Part shown: piece after piece, positions 51,058-63,800 of the stretch
How positions within the stretch are numbered: position 1 is the stretch's first letter
How the letters are laid out: each line of letters begins with the position of its first letter
DNA from: Centroscyllium fabricii
Lineage: Eukaryota
Reading direction: 5' to 3'
Assembly (NCBI GenBank): GCA_051313645.2
Contig: JBNRSN020000006.1
Location: 68,510,001 to 68,574,000, forward strand
DNA: 64,000 nucleotides
Translations under genes and position numbers: made by a program
The notes under the pieces: generated by a model
The model's database searches: none
Seen by the model: only the letters and a program-made list of their open reading frames with translations
What the model was told of the DNA's origin: nothing

Positions 51058-54000
51058 GTACCAACGATATAGGTAAAAAAAAGGGAGGAGGTCCTACAAG
51101 CTGAATGTAGGGAGTTAGGAGATAAATTAAAAAGTAGGACCTCAAATGTAGTAATCTCTGGATTGCTACCAGTGCCACGAGCTAATAAGAATAGAAGGAG
51201 CAGGATAGTTAGGCTAAATACGTGGCTTAAGCAGTGGTGCAAGAGGGAGGGATTTAAATTCCTGAGGCATTGGAACCAGTTCTGGGGGAGGTCGGACCTG
51301 TACCAAAGGGACGGTCTGCACTTGAACAGAGATGGAAAAGATGTCCTCGGGGTAATATTTACTAAAGCAGTTCGGGAGGTTTTAAACTAGTATGGCAGGG
51401 GGCTGGGAACCTAGGTAGTGGAAAAGAGGGAAGTCATAGGAAGCCAGAAATAAATGGTAGGAAGGTGAGAAGCAATAAGCAAGGGAGAGAAACACAAAGG
51501 GCCAAACTAATTCATAAAAGTGTGATCAAAACAAGCCTAAAGGCTTTGTATCTTAATGCAAGAAGCATTAGGAACAAGGTGGATGAACTAGCTGTTGAAA
51601 TAGAGGTAAGCAAATATGAGTTGATTGGAATTACGGAAACATGGCTGCAGGGTGGGCAAGGCTGGGAACTCAACATCCCGGGGTATACAACATTCAGAAA
51701 GGATCGGCACAAAAGAAAGGGAGGTAGGGTGGCATTGCTGGTGAAAGAGGGGATAAATGCAATTGAAAGGAAGGATATTAACTCAGATGATACGGAATCT
51801 ATATGGGTAGAACTAAGAAATAGTAAAGGGCGGAAAAACATTAGTGGGAGTTATATACAGGCCTCCAAATAGTAATATGGAGGTGGGGGACGGCATAAAA
51901 AGGGAAATTAGAGAAGCGTGCAATAAGGGCACAGCTGTCGTCATGGGCAACTTTAATCTACATATTGATTGGACTAGCCAAATTAGTAAAAATACTGAGG
52001 AGGAGGAATTCCTAGAATGTTTACGGGACGGTTACCTGGACCAATACATCGAGGAACCAACTCGGGATCAGGCCATCTTAGACTGGGTATTGTGCAATGA
52101 GAAGGGACTAATTAGCAATCTAGTTGTACGAGGCCCCTTGGGTCGGAGCGATCATAATATGATCGAATTCTCAGTTGAGATGGAAAGTGAAAAGATCAAC
52201 TCAGAGACTAAAGTCCTTAATTTAAATAAGGGGAATTATGAAGGTATGAGAAGGGAATTAAGTAAAATTGATTGGGCAGTGTTTATGGGGGGATTGAATG
52301 TGGATAGACAATGGCAAGCATTCAAGTATAGAATGGAAGAATTACAGAACTCGTTTATACCGGTTTGGCATAAGAATAAACCTAGAAAGGTGACTCAACC
52401 GTGGATAACAAGGGAAATAAGGGACAACATTAAATCCAAAAAATGGGCATATCAATTGGCCAAAAAAACAACCAGGCCGGAAGATTGGGAGCAGTTCAGG
52501 ATACAGCAAAGGAAGACAAAGGGATTAATCAGGAGGGGGAAGATAGATTACAAATGTAAGCTTGCGGCAAACATAAAAACTGACTGCAAAAGCTTTTATA
52601 GGTACATCAAGAGGAAAAGATTGGTAAAATCCCAAGTCGGTCCCTTGCAGTCCGATTCAGGGGAATATATAATGGGGAATAAAGAAATGGCAGACCAACT
52701 AAATTCATATTTTGGTTCTGTCTTCACAAAGGAGGACACAAGCAACCTCCCAGGGATAGCAGCGAACATAGGGTCTAATGCAAGGGAGGAGCTGACAGAT
52801 ATCAGTATTTCTAAGGAGATGGTTTTGGGGAAGTTGAAGGGATTGAAGGCCGACAAATCCCCAGGGCCTGATAATCTACATCCTAGGGTACTTAAAGAGG
52901 TGGCCCTGGAAATAGCGGGTGCTTTAAGGATCATTTTCCAGAACTCGATAGACTCTGGATCAGTACCCACGGATTGGAGGGTGGCTAATGTTACCCCACT
53001 ATTTAAAAAGGGGGGCAGAGAGAAAGCAGGGAATTATAGACCAGTAAGCCTTACATCAGTAGTGGGCAAAATGCTCGAGTCCATTATCAAGGATGTAATC
53101 TCGGAGCATTTGACAATTAGGGATGAGATCGGACAGAGTCAACATGGATTTACAAAAGGTAAATCGTGTTTAACTAATCTATTGGAATTCTTTGAGGAAG
53201 TAACTCGGAAAATAGATGGGGGAGAGCCAGTAGATGTGGTGTACCTTGACTTCCAGATAGCCTTCGATAAGGTTCCACATAAAAGATTAGCATGTAAAGA
53301 TTGGGGGCAAAGTTTTGATGTGGATAGAGAACTGGTTGGCAGATAGAAAACAGAGAGTTGGAATTAACGGCTCGTTTTCTGAGTGGCAGCCGGTGACTAG
53401 TGGGGTACCGCAGGGGTCTGTCCTGGGACCCCAGCTGTTTACAATATATATTAATGATCTGGATCAGGAAATTGAATGTAATATCTCCAAATTCGCGGAT
53501 GACACCAAATTAGGAGGGGGGGGCGGGCTCTGAAGAGGGTGTCAGGAAGTTACAGGGCGATTTGGATAAGTTGGGGGACTGGGCAGATAGATGGCAGATG
53601 CACTATAATGTGGATAAATGTGAGGTTATCCACTTTGGGGGCAAAAACAGGAGGGTAGATTATTACTTAAATGGCAATAGATTGGGAGATGGGGAGGTGC
53701 AAAGAGACCTGGGTGTTCTTGTGCACCAGTCGCTGAAGGCGAGCACGCAGGTGCAGCAGGCGATTAGGAAGGCAAATGGTGTGTTGGCCTTCATATCAAG
53801 AGGGTTCGAGTATAGGAATAAGGATACCTTACTACAGCTGTACAAGGCACTGGTGAGACCACACCTCGAGTATTGTGTACAGTTCTGGTCGCCTCGCCTG
53901 AGGAAGGATGTTCTTGCCATGGAAAGAGTGCAGCGGCGTTTCACCAGGCTGATTCCTGGAATGGCAGGAATGACCTACGAGGAGAGATTATGTAGTCTGG

Positions 54001-54433
54001 GCTTGTACTCGTTGGAGTTTAGAAGATTGAGAGGCGATCTCATTGAGACGTATAAAATTCTGAAAGGTCTGGACAGGTTAGATTCAGAGAGAATGTTTCC
54101 AATGGTGGGGGAGTCCAGAACCAGGGGCCACGGTCTAAGAATAAGGGGTAAGCCATTTAGGACAGACATGAGGAAGAATTTCTTCACTCAGAGAGTGGTG
54201 GGCCTGTGGAATTCCTTGCCACAGAGGGCGGTGGAGGCCAGTTCATTAAACATATTCAAGAGGGAATTAGATATATTTCTTCAAGCTAAAGGGATTAAAG
54301 GTTACGGAGAAAAGGCGGGGACGGTGTACTAGCTTACTAAAGATCAGCCATGATCTCATTGAATGGCGGAGCAGGCTCGAAGGGCTGAATGGCCTACTCC
54401 TGCTCCTACCTTCTATGATTCTATGATTCTATG

Positions 54434-54677
54434 ATATCCCACCCTATCCCCGCAACCCCACATATTCAATCCCCCTAACACTAAGGGTCAATTTATCCTG
54501 GCCAATCAACCTAACCCGCACATCTTTGGACTGTGGGAGGAAACCGGAGCACCCGGAGGAAACCCACGCAGACACGGGGAGAATGTGCAAACTCCACACA
54601 GATAGTACCCGAGGATGGATTTGAACCCGGGCCTCTAGTGCTGTGAGGCAACAGTGCTAACCACTTTGCCACCGTGC
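54434..54677 (-). mobile_element. HE1 SINE 5' half
   Basis: Reverse complement of the tRNA head and V-domain. Confidence 0.9.
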
Positions 54678-54699
54678 GATTAACCCGCACCCGTTCATC

Positions 54700-55015
54700 G
54701 CGTTGCTCTCTCATGCTGGAGATAGTCATTGCCTGGCACTTGTGTGGCACAAATGTTTCTTGCCACTTATCAGCCCCAGCCTGAAAGTTGTCCAGGACTT
54801 GCTGCATGCTGGCACAGACTGCTTCATTATCTGAGGAGTTGCGAATGGAATGGAACACTGCAATCATCAGCGAACATTCCCACTTCGAACATTGTGATGG
54901 AGGGCAGGTCATTGATGAAGTAGCTGAAGATGGTTGGGCCTTGGACACTGCCCTGAGGAATTTCTGCAGGGCTTTCCTGGGGCTGTGATGATTGAGCTCC
55001 AAACACCACAATCAT
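54700..55015 (-). mobile_element. CR1/L2-group LINE RT fragment
   Basis: IPQGSVQGP, GMFADDC; matches 4400-4880. Confidence 0.82.
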
Positions 55016-56117
55016 GGCCTGAATTTTAATGGGGAGGTGGGTTGGGAGTGGTAGGGAGCGGCGGAGCAAAATGATTGGAGGGCTGGAGCAGCGGGGGTGA
55101 GGTGGGGGGGTTTAGGGGGAGGGGTGGTCGAAGCGCCAGAGGAGTGGGGGGGCAGAGCAAATGGTCAGAGGGCCAGATGAGCGGGGGTGCAGACAGGAAC
55201 AATCGTGGGCCGGAGCACAGCTCGGGGGCTGGAGAATGGGAGGGGGTATGGACGAGGCCTGGCAGTGGCGGGGGGGGGGGGGGGGCAGGGGGGGCGGGGG
55301 GGGCGGAAATCAGAGGCCTGGGGATCGGAGACCTGGTGGGGTGGTCAGAAGCCTTGAGGGGGGGATCGGAGGCCTCATGTGGGGGTCTATAATTGCAGGT
55401 GGTGGGTTAGGTTGGAATCCTGGATCTGGAGGTAATTGTAAAGAACACTTGGATCCAACATCTTCGACTCCATTAGCATACAAAACCCAACCAGCCTCTG
55501 TTATATTTTAAATGGAGTTTATGGAGGGCGGCACGGTGGCACAGTGGCTAGCACTGCTGTCTCACAGCACTGGAGACCCGGGTTCAAATCTAGCCTCGGG
55601 TACTATCTGTGTGGAGTTTGCACATTCTCCCCGTGTCTGCGTGGGTTTTCTCCGGGTGCTCCAGTTTCCTCCCACAGTCCAAAGATGTGCGGGTTAGGTT
55701 GATTGGCCATGATAAATGAACCCTTAGTGTTAGGGGGATTGAATGTGTGGGGTTATGGGGATAAGGTGGGATGTAGGCTCGATAGGGATCGAGGGGTATG
55801 GGGAGAGGGCAGGGGCGGGGTACTGGGTTTGGATGATCAGCCATGATCTCATTGAATGGCAGAGCAGGCTCGAAGGGCCGAGTGGCCTACTCCTGCTCCT
55901 AGTTTCCATGTTTCTATGTTTCTAAATCTGAGCCATGCCAGCCTCATTATAATATTTAAATTGGTGACCCGCCTCCTGGCAGTGGATTGGCTGCCTGCCC
56001 CCGTCCCACCTCCGTTAAAACTGGAAATGGGTGGGTTTTGGTCAGGATTCAGAATTTTAACACTTTAACTTCCCCCATGACCCCAACCCACCCATTTTTG
56101 GGGGTTAAAATTCCCTG
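55016..56117. mobile_element. Degenerate Harbinger-type MITE with G-rich interior, interrupted by an HE1 SINE
   Basis: Ends ggcctgaattttaa / ttaaaattccct; no clear TSD. Confidence 0.5.
55526..55924 (+). mobile_element. HE1-type V-SINE
   Basis: Matches the other copies. Confidence 0.92.
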
Positions 56118-56764
56118 CTTGGTTCCAAATTATGTAAATTTTGCAGGTGTGACACTTTGAGGTCTGATAGATGTGCACTGGGCAAAGTTTAATTATATAG
56201 ACGAGTACTAGCTGTGCCTTTCTTTCCAAAAAACAGCTAAAAAGGTGTGAATGTGAGCTAATAATTATTTTTTGTTGCCAATCTCCTCCAATTAATTATG
56301 CTAGAGTTTGGGCTTTTACAAGGTTTTAAACCTCATTGACATGCAAATTTTTATTGATAACATTAGGAAATGTGTTTTGGCAAGGGAGCAAGACTAAGTA
56401 GCAGTGGAAGTTAAAGAAAAGCCTTTTACTATTTCTTGCCTTAATTACTCCACTGCTCAACTCACATTTACTTTTCATTATGGTCAATATTTTCCAGTGT
56501 GTGAAACTTAATGATCCCACACCCTTCTTTCTACTTTAGAATATTATAATTTAACAACTGTAGTTTACTGTGACTAACCAGGCTCTACACGATGGATAAA
56601 GCTATAGAATTAGCAACTTGCAGTACATTGGCTGATTTTATACTGGGTTTAAATGGAGAGCCAGAGTTGCTGATGTGCGGGTTGACTGCAGCGAGCGGCA
56701 AGTTCCAAGTAATCTTGCCGAAATTGTTAATGTTGGGTCTTCCCAGCTGCTACTATTGCCTTGT

Positions 56765-57082
56765 ATGTTCTTGGATGTGGGCAACACTGGCAAGTCAGCT
56801 TTTACTGCCCATCCCTCGATGCCCTGGGGGCATTAGGAGTCAACCACATACTGTAGAATTAACATCACATGTAGGGCAGATTTAGTAGGGGTGACAAGTT
56901 TACTTCCCTGAAAATCATTTGCAAACCAGTTGGTCTTTTGCAACAATCCAGTAGCTTTCATGGCCGTTTTCTTGTATTAGTCCAAAGATGACCACAAATT
57001 CGATTTCATAACTGGTTATGGTAGAATTTCAGTTCATGACCTTTGCTACGCTCGTTCAATGACATAAGCATCAAGCTACCAT
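56765..57082 (-). mobile_element. Old SINE-like remnant whose tail resembles the 3661 LINE tail
   Basis: ggatgtgggcaacactggc...tgcccatccct resembles 3684-3740; rest too diverged to type. Confidence 0.45.
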
Positions 57083-57199
57083 GGGGTTACCACCAGCTGT
57101 ACTAGACTGATGCATCAGGGGCCGGTGGGACTAACAAATCACTGATTTCAATATAAAAGCATCTACCAAGGCTCCAAAAGTTTGGTTGACAGGGATACT

Positions 57200-58026
57200 G
57201 GGGTAATTTTTGCGGGTCAGTGAGGGCGGCTTTCCGGTGGGGTGGGGCCTAAAATCGTGATACCGGGGGGTCACGACACCCCCCACCCCCCCTCCCCCCG
57301 CCGGATTTTGGCCGGATTGCAGCCGGTTTGTAAGTTTTGGGTGGCGTGTCCAGCCATCCCAAATCTTTCCCGCCCGCCGCCGGCAGGGATGCTCGTTCAG
57401 GTAATTAAGGGCCCTTAATTGGACTAGATAATCCCATTTTAAGGGCCCTCACCTATTTTAAACCCTTTCCCACCCAAACCCCGCTATCCTGAAACCCCGC
57501 TGGTGAAACTCAGTGGGAGCACAGTGGCCTTGGTCACTTTCACCTTCAAGGCATTGAAGGACCTAGAGCAGAATGCTTTCCAGGCCTTCAACACCCAGGA
57601 GGTGTAAGTGACTCCCTTTTCTGAGGGCCATCTGTGGACAAAAACCTTAAAAATGTAATCTTGACAGATGGATTGAGCAGCGGTCCCTAGCTGTTGAAAG
57701 ATTTCCAGCACGTCCATCCACCTGTCACGCAAAGCACTTGGACATTGCGATTGGTTGCACTCCATTGTGATGTCACAATGGAGTGTTTCCATGGCAACTG
57801 ACAACAGACAGTCCCTACAATTGTCACTCAAAGTCCTCGCTCCCAGCTGCAGTGCGTTGATTGCCGACTCGAGCCAGGCAATTGCAAGTGGCTCCCCGCA
57901 GGCGGGGAATTAATTGAACAATTTAGGGAAAATTGCGTCGGGTTTCCAGGCCCTTGGGTGGGCGGGCCAGAAACCCGACCTGACCAAAACCCGCCAGGTT
58001 CCCGCACCTTCGTGAATATCTCCACC
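57200..58026. mobile_element. Harbinger-type MITE, same family as 21176-21962, inverted
   Basis: Shared palindrome ctccattgtgatgtcacaatggag plus gtttccatggcaac; degenerate TIRs. Confidence 0.72.
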
Positions 58027-58759
58027 GCTAATTTAAAATAGTTTCTAAGAAAGCACGATCTTTGCTGAAGGAACTGGAATCATAGGTAAGGGCAAACCAT
58101 TGCCGAGAAGGTGTGAGAGAGGAAAGACAGCTGAAATCAGCTGGAACAATCTTTGTCAAAGCAGAAATCAGGGATTTGAACACAACTGTCAAACTCAAGA
58201 CTTTGTTACAGCTTTCAATGGGCCATGCTTATGTTTCAGGTCATTAATTAAGCGATATGGCCAGATAACAGAGTTTGTCTTGTAACATAATTCACCAAGA
58301 CAGCCTTATGTTTTAACATGTTAAAATTTGTACACAGAAATATATACTTGAGTAATACAATCTCAAAGGCAAAGAATGATTTTGGATAGTGGTGAAGGGA
58401 TAATTACTAGTCCTGGCCCATTTCAGGCTACTCCAGCTCAGATGTATTCCTCAGATGTTCACTTTCAACTAAAGATTGAGGTCGCCAAACCCTAAAGATG
58501 CTAAATTGGGTCTAAAGGTCCAGGCTATCTCTCTCTAAAGGAAAGGAATAACCTAAAAATGTTACCGTCCTCCAGATAGCAATTTTAATAAGTTTAACTC
58601 GACGGTAACATTCCGGATATTATGAGGGTTTGGAAAACTCCCCCAGAATTCTGCAACTCCTCACCAAAGAGTGTTCAGAGATTGAGTTTGCAAGTTTGAT
58701 AAAGAATTATTATGTGAGACAATTCTAAAAATATATAGATTTATTAAAGAACCGACATA

Positions 58760-59075
58760 GGCACGGTGGCATAGTGGTTGGCACTGTTGCCTCACAGCGC
58801 CAGGGGCCCGGGTTGAAATCCGGCCTCGGGTGACTATCTGTGTGGAGTTTGCACATTCTCCCCATGTCTGCGTGGGTTTCATCCGGGTGCTCCGGTTTCC
58901 TCCCACAGTCCAAAGATGTGCAGGTTGATTGGCCAGGATAAATTGACCCTTAGTGTTAGGGGGATTAAATATGTGGGGTTACGGGGATAGGGTGGGATAT
59001 GTGTCGGTGCAGGCTCGATGGGCTGAAATGGCCTCTAACTGCACTGTAGGGATTCTATGATTCTATGATTCTATG
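58760..59075 (+). mobile_element. HE1-type V-SINE, shorter-tail variant
   Basis: tRNA head, V-domain, (attctatg)n tail. Confidence 0.9.
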
Positions 59076-60859
59076 ATATCATTTACAGTTGGTGAGTCAA
59101 TCGCAACATTAACAGTTCCAAAAAAAGAAAGCTTACAATTCTATTATCAGAGAACCTACTTCAAATCTTAACTTCACTACAGTTTTACAGTTCTTAGTTT
59201 TATTCAGGATATCCACCAAAATCAAATACAGTACCTTTGATCCCCAAGGTACAAAGAGTTGGAGACTTGCAGAACTGGCTCTGAAGCTGAGAATCACTTT
59301 GCCCCTTTAAAGTGAGTCTACTACCCCATTTGTGAGTTCAAAATGTATAGCCTTTTTCCAGTGGTATTTCCTTTCAGGTTTTCTGCTGATGTAAGCTAAT
59401 TATCACTAGTAATTTTTCTGCTGACCCCTGCAATTCTTACAGTCACCACAGCTGGTAGCACGACAGAAACATGTCTCTCCTCTAGGTGTTCTAGGTTTAT
59501 CATAAAAAAGGGTGTAACAACAGGTGCACTTTACTTGGTGTCATTTTTACAAAGGCAGATGTTTGTTACTTTTATGTACTGCTTTACGAGGTGTAAATTT
59601 GAACACCTTGTACAGGGTGAACTATTGTCTTGTTCCCAATGGTTCAGACTGTCAGGACCCTTTAAACTTCTGTTTCCATAGTGTTATTGATTCAGTGTCA
59701 ACAATTTATCTTATCTCAATAGTGAGAATGCTATCACAGCTTTTTCATAGTTAGGTTTCTAGATTTCCAGATCCAGTTTGTCATGTTTTAATAAGGCCAG
59801 AATTCTTTCATAGAAGGGTGTATTTTTCTGAATAGGTTATATGGCTTATTCCTTCACAAGTGAAGTGTATATTTTCAGAAGCACAGTTTTATGATAAGTT
59901 ACCATTTTTCAAGTGGGCAATGCAAAGGAACTATGGAGAAAATTTGACCATGCTGTGCCTGTTTTATGGGCATGAAATGGGTACAAAATGACTCAATTTC
60001 AGGGACCAATGCCCTGTGCCCCAAGGACACCTGAAAAATGTCCAACAACCACATGGATTTCTATATCAACTTTAACATAGTCAACCGTCCAAAGGCGCTA
60101 ACCCTTAATTGAGTTGGGGGGTTATTTTTGCAAAATCTAGGGTGGCCACCTAAATCAGGCAATGCCTGAAAGCTGTCTTAAATGAATTTCTAGGCACATA
60201 AATTGATTCAAAATTGAATTATATTTGAAGGGGTTCAATAAACGGCCACATTACTCATCTAGAAACTGAGAGTAAATAACGATCATAGAGGAGGGAAGCC
60301 TAGGAAGGCAGCAGCCCACATTATTTTTGTGGAACCCAGAGGAGCACTCATGCTCCTTCAGACCCCACTAAAATATTATTTTCAATTACCTTGTTGGGAC
60401 CTCTTCCTCTTCACTGTCTGGTGGACCTAGCTGGGGCATTCACAGCATACACTCCATCCATTTGTACCAGAAATTTATAATCAGGATCCTACCACTGGCT
60501 TAGGACCCAGTTTGCATATTTAAGTGGCCTTGCGCCAAATTCAAGTGGACGGGTTACTTATCCATCTACAGGCCCACGTGAATATTTTCATTTCTCCCCC
60601 CACTCCACCCAGCCCCCCATCCTTGGTGCTGATTTTCAATTGCTGGCTGTTCATTTTTTCAGGTGCAGAACAAGCGGCTGTGAGTTGAACTTCTCAATTA
60701 ACAAGTAGGTTGCAAAGATGCACTGCTACTGTGGAATCTGGTAGGTCTTTGCACTTAAGGATATGCTCATCTCTATGCATTGCAGAGTAAATTGTTACAC
60801 AAAAGCTGTTAAGGTAGTGTACTTAACATGTAAATAATTTCAACAAATTACTCAGCCCC

Positions 60860-63800
60860 TGTGGTAAACCACTGTTGTATATAGTTGCCTTTTGCCTGTG
60901 TGTATACATCCCCGGGCATGCCTGAAGCTGACTCCGCCCCTAGCCTACCTGATAAAGGCCAAGCTCCGGGAGCCTTGCCCAGTACAAGGAGTTGCCGGTC
61001 AGTCTAAGGATGTCCAGGGTTCTTAGTGAATAAAAGCCTCAGTTGTATTCTCAACCTCGCCTCGAGTATAATTGATCACGCATCAATTTTATTCACTAAG
61101 AGTTTTGAGATGGATGCCCTCCTGAAGCTATCCACCCTGGAACTTGACCTGAGCGCACCAGAGGCGCCGAGCAGCTTCTCCCACTGGCTAACCTGTTTTG
61201 AGGGATTCCTGGCGACCTCCGCCAGCACTGTCCAGACGGACGCCCAGAAACTCTTGCTTCTGCAGTCATGGCTCCATGACCTGGTGTTCCAACTCATCAA
61301 CGGAACGACCTCCTACACATCGGCGATGGCCCTCCTCAAGGAACAGTACGAGCGGCCGACTAACACTGTTTACGCCAGGCACCTCCTGCTGACTCGAAAA
61401 CAACGGCCCGGGGAGAGTTTTGCTGGCTTTGTGTGGGCCTTGATGGAGCTCAGCAGAGCTTGCAACTGCGAAACGGCCTCGGCAGATGAGCACAGGGAGC
61501 TACTAGTCCAGGACGCCATCGTCGCCGGCGTACAATCGGACTACACCCGGAAGAGACTGCTGGAACTGGGGAAACTGTCCCTGAAGAAGGCCACAGACAT
61601 CGGACTCGCACTCGAAGGGGCTGATCAGAGTATGGAGTCGTACGCGCACATGGCCTCCCCATGGACCTCATGGGAGCCGCCAGCATGGAACACGCCAGGC
61701 CCGAATCCTTACGCTGCGCCACCTTCGCCTCACCCCGTGAACGGACCAACCACTGTGGCGGTACCCCGGAGCCAGAAGTGCTATTTCTGTGGCCAAGTGA
61801 AGCAATCCAGACAGCGCTGTCCGGCGAAGGACGCTACGTGCACGCGTTGCCAGAAGAAGGGACACTACGCGAGCGTCTGCAAGTCGTCCCCCAGGCCCAG
61901 CAGCGCCGCGTGCGAACCGACCTCGTGGCCATCTTGGACAACCCCCACCATGTGCTACTCATGGGAGCAGCCATCTTGGACCGACCCGGCTCCCTGACTG
62001 ACTGCGATGAGCCACCAGCCGCAGTACTGGCTTCCGATACCTTGGACCAGTCTGGGCCCCACCACCTCACAAAGTCAATGATGGACATTAAGGTAAACGG
62101 CTGCGCCACAAACTGCCTGTTTGACTCGGGGAGCACGGCAAGCTTTGTCCACCCCGATACAGTGCGCCGCCTCTCGCTCTCCACTCGGCCCATGCACCAG
62201 CGCATCTCCCTCGCTTCCAAATCCCAGACCGCGGATGTCGGCGGTTACTGCGTGGTAACCCTGTCGGTGAGCGGCGCAGTGTACAAGGATTTCAAACTCC
62301 TGGTACTACCCAACCTCTGCGCGGCCGTCCTCCTGGGGTTAGACTTCCAAACCCACTTTAATATCGTTACAATGGCATACGGGGGGCCCCTTCCCCCCAT
62401 CACTTTCCCGCAGCCAGAAGCCGACAAACCGCCCACCGCGTGCCATCTGCAGCCACTCGACCCTCAAGGTCGCCCCTCCCCCACTGTTCCCTAACCTCAC
62501 CCCAGACTGTAAACCCATAGCCACTAAGAGCAGGATATAAAGTGCTGGGGACAGGGCTTTCATTAAGTCCGAGGTACAGCGGCTCCTGAAGGAGGGGGTG
62601 ATTGAGGCTGACACCAGCCCCTGGAGGGCCCAAGTAGTCGTTGTTAAGACCGGTGAAAAGAACCGATTAGTTAGCGACTACAGCCAGTCCATCAACCGCT
62701 TTACGCAGTTGGACGCGTACCCCCTCCCCCACATATCTGACATGGTCAATCAGATTGCGCAGTACAAGGTGTTCTCCACCATTGACCTGAAATCAGCTTA
62801 TCACCAACTCCCCATCCGCCCCGCGGACCGTCGCTATACTGCCTTCGAGGCTAACGGCTGCCTCTACCACTTCTTCAGGGTCCCCTTCGGGGTCACCAAT
62901 GGTGTATTGTTTTTCCAACGGGAGATGGAACGTATGGTTGACCAGCACGGGCTGCTAGCCATGTCCCCGTACCTAGACAATGTGACCATCTGCGGCCATG
63001 ACCTGCAGGACCATGACGCCAACCTGGAAAAAATCCTTCGCAAGGCCCAACTCCTTAACCTCACCTATAACAAGGAGAAATGCATGTTCCGCACAACACG
63101 CCTTGCTATTCATGGGCGGCACGGTGGCACAGCGGTTAGCACTGTTGTCTCACAGCACTGGAGACCCGGGTTCAAATCCAGCCTCGGGTACTATCTGTGT
63201 GGAGTTTGCATATTCTCCCCGTGTCTGCGTGGGTTTCCTCCGGGTGCTGCGGTTTCCTCCCACGGTCCAAAGATGTGCAGGTTAGGTTGATTGGCCAGGA
63301 TAAATTGACCCTTAGTGTTAGGGGGATTGAATATGTGGGGTTACGGGGATAGGGTGGGATACGTGTCGATGCAGGCTCGATAGGGATCGAGGGATATGGG
63401 GAGAGGGAAGTGGCTGGATACTGCATTTGGATGATCAGCCATGATCTCATTAAATGGCGGAGCAGGCTCGAAGGGCCGAATGGCCTACTCCTGCTCCTAG
63501 TTTCTATGTTTCTATGTTTCTATGTGTCGTGGAAAACGGGGTCATCGGTCCCGACCCAGACCGCATGCACCTCCTCATGGAACTCCCCCTCTCCCATTGC
63601 CAAAATGCCCTGCGAAGATGCCTGGGCTTCTTCTCCTACTACGCCCAGTGGGTCCCTAACTTTGCGGACAAGGCCCGCCTGCTCCTTAAGTCCACCTCCT
63701 TTCCCTTGACGGCGGAGGCCCGTATGGCCTTCGACCGCATCAAACGGGACATCGCTAAGGCCACCATGCAGGCGGTGGATGAAACCGCCCCATTTCAGGT

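Larger units (their letters stand above)
46143..54433 (+). mobile_element. Near full-length CR1 (HER1-like) LINE: ORF1 SGNH esterase (split) and ORF2 APE-RT 51465-54332 (frameshifted)
   Basis: ORF1 IVIGDSIVRG, VHVG|TND, DGLHLN; ORF2 [46 protein letters not shown]; tail (tatgattc)n. Confidence 0.95.

Noticed and set aside
55060-55390. Gly-rich ORFs / G-quadruplex tract
   Set aside because: Low-complexity MITE interior; no evidence of function.
59930-60600. Further Harbinger-type MITE
   Set aside because: Ends only loosely resemble TIRs and no TSD could be read.
61661-61997. Programmed -1 gag-pol frameshift (protease lies in the -1 frame relative to the Gag knuckle in A-E)
   Set aside because: The shift point differs per copy (for example a 1-bp deletion inside a C repeat unit near 27490), the PPS reading occurs on both sides of the shift, and no shared slippery heptamer is seen; decay is the simpler explanation.
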